In this document: one piece after another, positions 57,282 to 64,000 of the stretch
Numbering within the stretch: the first letter of the stretch is position 1
Layout: each line of letters starts with the position of its first letter
Assembly: GCA_026014685.1 (NCBI GenBank)
Contig: JAOZHW010000003.1
Span: 35,995-99,994 of the forward strand
Direction of reading: 5' to 3'
Length of the DNA stretch: 64,000 bases
Source: Candidatus Bathyarchaeota archaeon
Lineage (GTDB): Archaea > Thermoproteota > Bathyarchaeia > Bathyarchaeales > Bathycorpusculaceae
Notes under the pieces: model-generated
What the model saw: the letters and a program-made list of their open reading frames with translations, nothing else
The model's database searches: none
Told to the model about the DNA's origin: nothing
Made by a program: the position numbers and the translations under genes

Positions 57282-57848
57282 ATGCAGGATAGCCGTTCTA
57301 GAATTCCCGAAGCTCTGAAAAGTGAAGAGGCTAAGCGCACAACCATAATTTTAGAGCCTGCAGAACGCGCATACGTAGAGCACCTTATCAAGGAGGGCAA
57401 GGAACCTGGCATAAAGGCCCTCATCTCGAAAATGCTTGACATCTACAAAAACCTAAACGTAGATGACTGGCAGTTCCCAGGCGAGTATTACTGTGGAATC
57501 AGCCGCATAGCAATCATAAACGTGGAACTCATAAACATCTTCACTCAGTACCTGCCTAAAGAAAAATTTCATGAAGTCGGATCACGCATGGGTGAAGCCC
57601 TTAAGGTTTCAATGCAATCTACCCTTGGTATAGACTCGTCAAACAAGGAAAATTGGGAAGCCATCTTTAAACGCCTAAAAATCCAAGGCTTAGGAGACTT
57701 ATACTTAAAAGACCGCTTCCTCCTCATTAAGTCGCCTGTCATCAGCGAATGCGAAATATGGAAGGGCCTGCTTGAAGGCTTGTTAACTACTAAACTTGAA
57801 ACCAAAAACGCTATGCCTCCACTGGTTTTCGAAATAAAACAGCATTAA
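57282..57848 (+). CDS. Putative regulator: RHH-like N-terminus + V4R/HNOB-like ligand-binding domain
   Basis: KRTTIIL...ERAYV beta-alpha-alpha pattern; G.RMG...L...G.G.L...KG.LEG.L V4R-like pattern. Confidence 0.55.
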   Translation: MQDSRSRIPEALKSEEAKRTTIILEPAERAYVEHLIKEGKEPGIKALISKMLDIYKNLNVDDWQFPGEYYCGISRIAIINVELINIFTQYLPKEKFHEVGSRMGEALKVSMQSTLGIDSSNKENWEAIFKRLKIQGLGDLYLKDRFLLIKSPVISECEIWKGLLEGLLTTKLETKNAMPPLVFEIKQH

Positions 57849-58082
57849 GTAGCGCCTGTGCTTGTTCGACAGTTAAATATTGGTGGACAAGTTTTATATG
57901 GGAGACAGGTGTTGTGGTGTCGTTTAGTGACGTATGATGAGGGATTGCGTTCATACAAGGCGATTGCCTTCATTGAAAGCTTAACGAAAACATATTGTAA
58001 ATTAGACGCAACCCCGCAGCGAAACGTTCTATCAAAAACAAAAAACCCCAGAATACTCTCTAAATGTTATGGTGAAAATGTT

Positions 58083-59081
58083 ATGGATAAACTAAAATTT
58101 GCAATACCAAAAGGTTCATTAGAAAAAGCAACGGCGGAATTCTTCTCTAAATCAGGCTTCAAAATCGGCGCTTCAGACCGAACATACCGCCCCAGCATAA
58201 ACGACCCCCAAATTGAAATGAAAGTTCTGCGTCCCCAAGAAATCCCCGTGTTCGTCAGCGAAGGTCTCCAAGACATAGGCATAACAGGCGAAGATTGGGT
58301 GAAAGAAAACCGCGCAGATGTCGAAATCCTCCAAAACCTCGAGTACGGTAAAATCCGTCTCGTCATCGCGGTCCCCAAAAGTGTTCCTGAAGGCACTACA
58401 CTGGGGCAATTCATGGAGTCCGTTTGGGCGCAGGGCAGAAACTTCCGCGTCAGCACCGAATACCTAAACATCGCCTCAGAATTCCTCAAAAGCACCCCCG
58501 AATACCAGAAACGATTCGGCAATAGCGAGCCGATGCTGGTTACGCCTTGGTGGAGAAAAGGCGATAACCCCCGCGCCAAAATCTTCCTCTCATTTGGGGC
58601 AACCGAGGCTAAGCCACCAGAAAACAGCGACTGCATCATGGACGTCACCGAAACAGGCACCACAATAGAAGCCAACAACCTCCGCATCATCCAAACAGTC
58701 CTCACTTCCTCAGCGGTTCTAATCGCCAACAAAAAAGCCTTGGAAGACCCTGAAAAACGCGAAAAAATCTTCGACATAGTCGCACTCCTCAAAGGCGTCG
58801 TGGATGGCTCTAAGCGGATACACATCTTTGTTAACGTCAAAAAAGAAAACCTCCAAAAGCTTCTAACAGAGCTGCCAGCGCTGAAGAACCCGACGATTTC
58901 TCCACTCGCAGACGACGCCTGGGTGGGCGTAAATACAGTCATAGAGAAGGACTGCTTCATCGGGTTGCTGCCGAAAATCCGCAAGTTAGCACAGGGCTTG
59001 GTGGTGTTTGAACCGCGGCAGGTGTTGGCGCTGGATGAGATTGAACGGAGAAAAGAAGGTCAATGCAAAAAGGCCTCATAA
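58083..59081 (+). CDS. hisG: ATP phosphoribosyltransferase (long form)
   Basis: FAIPKGSL, RPQEIP, DIGITGED, SFGATEA.P, DVTETG.T; start ATG 58083. Confidence 0.96.
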   Translation: MDKLKFAIPKGSLEKATAEFFSKSGFKIGASDRTYRPSINDPQIEMKVLRPQEIPVFVSEGLQDIGITGEDWVKENRADVEILQNLEYGKIRLVIAVPKSVPEGTTLGQFMESVWAQGRNFRVSTEYLNIASEFLKSTPEYQKRFGNSEPMLVTPWWRKGDNPRAKIFLSFGATEAKPPENSDCIMDVTETGTTIEANNLRIIQTVLTSSAVLIANKKALEDPEKREKIFDIVALLKGVVDGSKRIHIFVNVKKENLQKLLTELPALKNPTISPLADDAWVGVNTVIEKDCFIGLLPKIRKLAQGLVVFEPRQVLALDEIERRKEGQCKKAS

Positions 59082-60361
59082 AGGTTTGGGAATCAAAACA
59101 GTTACCCTCTGACTGGTTTAAGCGCCAGCAGGTGGACCAAAAAGCCACTGCTGACCTTGAAGCCAACGTCAAAACCATCCTAAACCAAGTTAAAACCGAA
59201 GGCGACAAGGCACTCATAGAGTTCGCGCAGAAATTCGACAAAGCCCAACTCACAGCAGCCACGCTCAAAGCCAGCCCCGAAGAAATTAAAGACGCCTACA
59301 CCCAAGTTACCAAAGAACAAGTCGCCGCCATCGAGTTCATGAAGCAACGCGTAAGCGTCTTCCAAAAGCAACTGCTCGCAAACACCGAAGTGAAAGCCTT
59401 CAACGAGGGCATCATGGTTCAAACCGTGCTACGCCCCATCGAAAGCGTCGGCTGCTACGTTCCCGGTGGACAAGCCGCTTACCCAAGCACAGTTGTGATG
59501 ACTGCCTTGGTAGCCAAGATTGCTGGTGTACCCAGGATTGTTGTCTGTTCGCCTTCTGATGCAGCGGGCAAAGTTAACCCGCTGGTATTGGTTGCCTCAG
59601 ATATCTGCGGCGTAGATGAGGTCTACAAGGTTGGCGGAGCTCAAGCGATCGCGGCATTGGCGTACGGCACAGAAACTATAGCGCCAGTCCGTAAAATCGT
59701 TGGGCCAGGCAGCAAATACGTAACCATGGCCAAAGTTCTCGTATCTCAAGATGTTGCCATCGACATGCCCGCAGGTCCCAGTGAAGTTCTTATCTTAGCC
59801 GACCAATATGCCGACGCACGCTTGATCGCCGCTGACATGATCTCGCAAGCTGAGCACGGCACAGACAGCGTCGCCGCCCTGATAACTCCATCAGCGAAAC
59901 TGGCTCATGAAGTCCAAGACAACCTCTTCAAAATGGCTGCCTCTGCGCCTCGTGCTGAAAAAGTCGTCGATTCCTTATCCAAATACGGCTTCATAATCGT
60001 CTGCACAGACATTGACGAAGCAGTAAAACTCACAAACCAATTCGCCGCGGAACACCTTGAAGTCATGGCTAACGACGCTCAGAAACTCTCCGAGAAACTC
60101 GTCGCAGGCCTCATCCTCATCGGACCAAACAGCCCCGTCGCACTCAGCGACTACGCAAGCGGAACCAACCATGTGCTTCCCACCGGCGGCTTCGCACAGG
60201 CATTCTCAGGTTTATCCGCGATTGATTTCATGCGTCGAGTCAGCATAGCCGAGTGTTCACGTGAGGCACTGGAAAAAGTTAAAGCCCAAATCAAAGTCTT
60301 AACTGACACCGAAAACCTCCCCAATCACTACAGAGCCATAGAGGTACGGTTCCAAAAATGA
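59063..60361 (+). CDS. hisD: Histidinol dehydrogenase
   Basis: GCYVPGG, GGAQAIAALAYG, DMPAGPSE, QAEH, EHLE, DY.SGTNHVLPT. Confidence 0.97.
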   Translation: MQKGLIKVWESKQLPSDWFKRQQVDQKATADLEANVKTILNQVKTEGDKALIEFAQKFDKAQLTAATLKASPEEIKDAYTQVTKEQVAAIEFMKQRVSVFQKQLLANTEVKAFNEGIMVQTVLRPIESVGCYVPGGQAAYPSTVVMTALVAKIAGVPRIVVCSPSDAAGKVNPLVLVASDICGVDEVYKVGGAQAIAALAYGTETIAPVRKIVGPGSKYVTMAKVLVSQDVAIDMPAGPSEVLILADQYADARLIAADMISQAEHGTDSVAALITPSAKLAHEVQDNLFKMAASAPRAEKVVDSLSKYGFIIVCTDIDEAVKLTNQFAAEHLEVMANDAQKLSEKLVAGLILIGPNSPVALSDYASGTNHVLPTGGFAQAFSGLSAIDFMRRVSIAECSREALEKVKAQIKVLTDTENLPNHYRAIEVRFQK

Positions 60362-61476
60362 GCGCATCCTACCAAACCTGGTTAAAGCAGAAGCTGGCGA
60401 AACTGCAAGCTATAGACTGCTACTCTGCAGGCGTCACGCCCGAAGGTTTAGCGGAGCAACTCGGCGTTGACCTCTCAAAAATCGTCAAACTAAACTTTAA
60501 CGAAAACCTCTTCGTTGACCGCGCCCGCCAAACCGCGTTGATGAAGGAACTCGCCGAAGAAATCGACTTGCGCATGTACCCCGAAGACGAAGAAGCCAAA
60601 CTCCGAGACAAACTCACAGACTATATAGGTGTCCCAGCGGATTACTTGGCGATTAGCAATGCAGGTGACGAATTAATCGACCGCATAGTACGCCTCTTCA
60701 TCGAAAAAGGCGAGGCGGCGGTTTCGTTTGAACCGACGTTTGCGATTCCACGATTGTGCGTGAAGCGCCAAGAAGGCGCATACGTATCGGTACCGTTAAA
60801 GGGCGATTTCCAACTTGACGTCGAGGGCATGCTCAAAGCATTTTCGGACAAAACCCGCTTGCTCTATCTCTGCTCACCCAACAATCCCACATCCAACCAA
60901 ATGAACCCTGACGACGTTGAGAAACTCGTCAAAGCCTTCCCTGGAATCGTCATCCTAGACGAAGCTTATGGCGAATTCGCTGACTACAGCTTTGTACCAC
61001 GCATTCGAGAGTTCCCGAACATGGTTATTCTGCGGACGTTTTCCAAGGCGTTTGGTTTGGCGATGCTACGGTTGGGTTACGCCGTTGCAAACCCAGAATT
61101 AGCAAAAGTGATACGCGAAAAAGCGCCTCTTCCCTATCCAGTTTCTGGCTTCACCATACGCATGGGCATCAAGATGCTCGAAAACATGGAAATAATGCGG
61201 AACGCTGTTTCTGCGTTGGTGGCGGAGCGGGGAAAATTCATAAAAGCACTCAATCAAATAGAAGGAGTACAAGCATTCCCCTCCCAAGCAGATTTCGTCC
61301 TAATCAACACCAAAAAACCCGCAGAAGAAGTCTACACGGCTCTACTCAAACGGGGCATTATGCTAAAGAAATGGGGTAAACTACTCCAATACGACAACTG
61401 CTTCCGCGTCACAGTGGGGTTGCCTGAAATGAACGCCAAACTAATCGAAGCACTAAAACAAATTCAAAGTGACTAA
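60358..61476 (+). CDS. hisC: Histidinol-phosphate aminotransferase
   Basis: KLNFNEN, YP, SPNNPT, LDEAY.EF, LRTFSKAFGLA.LRLGY. Confidence 0.96.
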   Translation: MSASYQTWLKQKLAKLQAIDCYSAGVTPEGLAEQLGVDLSKIVKLNFNENLFVDRARQTALMKELAEEIDLRMYPEDEEAKLRDKLTDYIGVPADYLAISNAGDELIDRIVRLFIEKGEAAVSFEPTFAIPRLCVKRQEGAYVSVPLKGDFQLDVEGMLKAFSDKTRLLYLCSPNNPTSNQMNPDDVEKLVKAFPGIVILDEAYGEFADYSFVPRIREFPNMVILRTFSKAFGLAMLRLGYAVANPELAKVIREKAPLPYPVSGFTIRMGIKMLENMEIMRNAVSALVAERGKFIKALNQIEGVQAFPSQADFVLINTKKPAEEVYTALLKRGIMLKKWGKLLQYDNCFRVTVGLPEMNAKLIEALKQIQSD

Positions 61477-61478
61477 AC

Positions 61479-62054
61479 ATGAGGACAGAAGAGGTTTACC
61501 GAAAAACCAAAGAAACCGAAGTAAAAGTCAAAGTCAACATAGACGGCGAAGGTAAAGCCCAAGTAGCCACAAACGTGCCGTTTTTAGACCACATGCTCAC
61601 CTCACTTGCCACACATAGCCTAATCGACATATCCGCTTCCGTTCAGGGCGACTTGGTGCACCACATGGTTGAAGACCTCGCGCTCGGCTTAGGCGAAGCC
61701 CTAAACAAAGCGCTAGGCACACGCGAAGGCATAGCCCGCTTCGGCAACGCAGCCGCCCCCATGGACGAATCACTGGCATTCGCTGCTGTTGATTTGGTCA
61801 AACGCCCCTACTTCAAAATAGACCTCAAACTCAGAGGCAAAAAAGTAGAAAACATGCCCACCGAAGACATCGTCCACTTCTATGAATCCCTCACACAAAC
61901 CCTACAAGCAAACGTGCACATCTTTGTTGAATACGGCGGCAACGACCACCACAAAGCAGAAGCCGCCACCAAAGCCTTTGCCCTCTCACTTCGCCAAGCC
62001 ACCACCATCGACCCCCGACGCAAAGGCGTACCCAGCTCAAAGGGCGTAATCTGA
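61479..62054 (+). CDS. hisB: Imidazoleglycerol-phosphate dehydratase
   Basis: R.TKET, FLDHML, HH.VED, PMDESL, NDHH.AEA. Confidence 0.97.
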   Translation: MRTEEVYRKTKETEVKVKVNIDGEGKAQVATNVPFLDHMLTSLATHSLIDISASVQGDLVHHMVEDLALGLGEALNKALGTREGIARFGNAAAPMDESLAFAAVDLVKRPYFKIDLKLRGKKVENMPTEDIVHFYESLTQTLQANVHIFVEYGGNDHHKAEAATKAFALSLRQATTIDPRRKGVPSSKGVI

Positions 62055-62659
62055 TGGCAAACGCAGTCATATTCGACTACGGCGTCGGAAACCTACTGAG
62101 CCTCAAAACGGCGCTTGAAAAAGCAGGCTTAACCGCCACCATAGGCACCACCTCCGCGGATTTAGCTAAAGCAGACGCCATCGCCCTGCCCGGTGTCGGA
62201 AGCTTCACAGCATCACTGGAAAGACTCGACAAAGTTAAAGACACCCTGCAAACCAAAGTTTCAGAGGGCACTCCGCTTTTAGGCATCTGTTTGGGGATGC
62301 AGTTGTTCTTTGAATCCAGCCAGGAAGGCCCAGGCAGCGGTTTATCATTCTTCAAAGGCACCGTCAAACAGTTACCTAGCACAGTCAAGGTGCCTCATAT
62401 GGGCTGGAACACACTCAACATCACACGCCCCAACGAACTCTTTGACGGCATCGCAGAAGGCACTTATGTCTACTTTGTGCACTCTCTTTACCCCGCCCCC
62501 GCAGATCCCGAAATCGTAGTCACAAAAACCGAGTACGGCACAACCTTTACCTCAGCAGTCGCCCAAAAAAACATCTACGGCACCCAATTCCACCCTGAAA
62601 AATCAGGAGACGCCGGGTTGGCGATTCTCAAAAACTTTGCTAAAACAGTGGTAAGGTGA
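62054..62659 (+). CDS. hisH: Imidazole glycerol phosphate synthase glutaminase subunit
   Basis: DYGVGNL.S, LPGVGSF, GICLGMQ, VPHMGWN, YFVHS, QFHPEKSG. Confidence 0.97.
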   Translation: MANAVIFDYGVGNLLSLKTALEKAGLTATIGTTSADLAKADAIALPGVGSFTASLERLDKVKDTLQTKVSEGTPLLGICLGMQLFFESSQEGPGSGLSFFKGTVKQLPSTVKVPHMGWNTLNITRPNELFDGIAEGTYVYFVHSLYPAPADPEIVVTKTEYGTTFTSAVAQKNIYGTQFHPEKSGDAGLAILKNFAKTVVR

Positions 62660-63390
62660 ATGTTATGCAGCTTATTCCCGCAATTGACCTTATGAGCGGC
62701 AAAATCGTTCGCTTAACCCGCGGGGAAGCCGAAACCGCTAAAAGCTACGAAGCCAAATTCGGTACCCCCCTCCAAGCCGCAGAGCGATGGAAAAGTGAGG
62801 GCGCAGGCAAACTTCACATCATCGACCTCGACGCCGCATTCAGCATAGGCGACAACCGAGCCGTCATTGCTGAAATCGCAAAAAACGTCTCGCTCCCCAT
62901 CCAAGTTGGCGGAGGTATTCGAAGCTATGAAACCGCAGAGAAACTTCTCAAAACAGGTATCGCCCAAGTTATACTCGGTTCTTTAGCGTTCAGCAACCCA
63001 GAGGTTATCCCGAAAATCCTCAATAGGTTCGGTAGAGACTCCGTCATTGTCGCCTTAGACAACCGGGATGGGCGTATCATGGTGGAGGGTTGGCAAACTG
63101 AAACTCCTCTGACCGTAGACGAAGCGCTGGAGAAGTACACGCAACTCGGTGTCCAAACCTTCCTGATAACTTCCATCGCTCAGGATGGCATGCTTAGCGG
63201 CCCAGACCTGCAAACCCTCAACGCAGCAACCCTGTTCCCTGAAGCTAAAATCATCGCAGCAGGCGGAATCGGCTCCATCGGAGACCTAACCGCACTAAAA
63301 CAGATCGGGTGTGAAGGGGCAGTGATCGGGAAAGCCCTATATGAGGGGCGTTTCACGTTAAAAGAAGCCTTAGCAAAGATAGGAGTTTGA
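62656..63390 (+). CDS. hisA: ProFAR isomerase
   Basis: IPAIDL..G..VRL, LHIIDLD.A, QVGGGIR, DG.LSGPD, GGI. ATG 62665 is an alternative start. Confidence 0.96.
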   Translation: MNVMQLIPAIDLMSGKIVRLTRGEAETAKSYEAKFGTPLQAAERWKSEGAGKLHIIDLDAAFSIGDNRAVIAEIAKNVSLPIQVGGGIRSYETAEKLLKTGIAQVILGSLAFSNPEVIPKILNRFGRDSVIVALDNRDGRIMVEGWQTETPLTVDEALEKYTQLGVQTFLITSIAQDGMLSGPDLQTLNAATLFPEAKIIAAGGIGSIGDLTALKQIGCEGAVIGKALYEGRFTLKEALAKIGV

Positions 63391-63393
63391 TAA

Positions 63394-64000
63394 ATGACCT
63401 TAGCTAAACGCATAGTGCCCTGCCTCGATGTTGATCACGGCAAAGTTGTAAAGGGCATAAACTTTCTGCAGCTCAAGCACGCAGGTGACCCCGTCGAGAT
63501 GGCGAAACGCTACAGCGACGAAGGCGCCGACGAACTCGTATTCCTCGACATCACCGCGTCACATGAGAAGCGCGACATCATGCGCCAATACGTGGAAGGT
63601 GTCGCCAAGGCTATCAGTATTCCGTTCACTGTCGGAGGAGGAATCCGCAACGTCTCAGATGCACGCCTCGTTCTCTGCAGCGGCGCCGACAAAGTATCGG
63701 TTAACACAGCTGCCATCGAAAACCCAAACGTGATAACCGAATTAGCTGACGTTTTCGGACGCCAATGCGTCGTAATCGCCATCGACGCCAAACGCAACCG
63801 CAACCCTACTGACGGAAAAATAATGATAGAAACCTCAGAAGGCAAAGTCTGGTTTGAAGTCAACACATACGGCGGCAGAAAACCAACAGGCATAGATGCA
63901 GTCGCGTGGGCAATGCAGGCTGAAAAGCTCGGTGCAGGAGAATTCTTGGTAACCTCTATGGATAAGGACGGCACGGAAGACGGCTACGACATCGAACTCA
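63394..64000 (+). CDS. hisF: Imidazole glycerol phosphate synthase cyclase subunit, 3'-truncated by window edge
   Basis: [59 protein letters not shown]. Confidence 0.97.
   Translation, partial: MTLAKRIVPCLDVDHGKVVKGINFLQLKHAGDPVEMAKRYSDEGADELVFLDITASHEKRDIMRQYVEGVAKAISIPFTVGGGIRNVSDARLVLCSGADKVSVNTAAIENPNVITELADVFGRQCVVIAIDAKRNRNPTDGKIMIETSEGKVWFEVNTYGGRKPTGIDAVAWAMQAEKLGAGEFLVTSMDKDGTEDGYDIEL

Noticed and set aside
58067-58984. Long antisense ORFs (also 4305-4781, 5213-5719, 11259-11984, 37683-37886 and others)
   Set aside because: Shadow frames of well-supported genes, with no motifs or SD.

Overview
Archaeal chromosomal window, most consistent with Bathyarchaeia (TACK). This is an inference from gene content: archaeal ACDS, Elf1-like proteins, parvulin and large PQQ-like propeller surface proteins. 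In order it holds: the 3' end of cooC and the ACDS/CODH cluster cdhABCDE; redox and metal defence genes (rubrerythrin, FprA, protein disulfide oxidoreductase, YHS protein, CopA); parvulin; an ABC-2 exporter; a frameshifted double Lrp/AsnC regulator; a 59-aa ferredoxin missed by the ORF track; a ribophorin-I-like protein; two Cys-rich regulators with tandem operators; ferritin-like and flavodoxin genes; six KGG/GsiB stress genes plus DUF2795; a B12 radical SAM gene and FkbM; a 2.4-kb integrase-less island at tRNA-Arg(CCG); a DUF2090 aldolase-GlpX pair next to a GT4 glycosyltransferase; adk, archease, M42, VapBC, MBL and rtcB; tRNA-Gly and initiator tRNA-Met flanking two cyclophilins; PAC2; a duplicated 7TM + wHTH module beside two ~900-aa beta-propeller genes; and the his operon (G-D-C-B-H-A-F'). 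The strongest unexplained structures are (1) the 7TM/wHTH/propeller locus with a CTCAC-N5-GTGAG palindrome, (2) the tRNA-Arg mini-island with both direct and inverted terminal repeats, (3) a dispersed ~58-bp promoter/leader cassette in five copies, and (4) the KGG array with its own promoter motif. No CRISPR array, integrase or transposase was seen. Family names come from motif recognition, not database searches.
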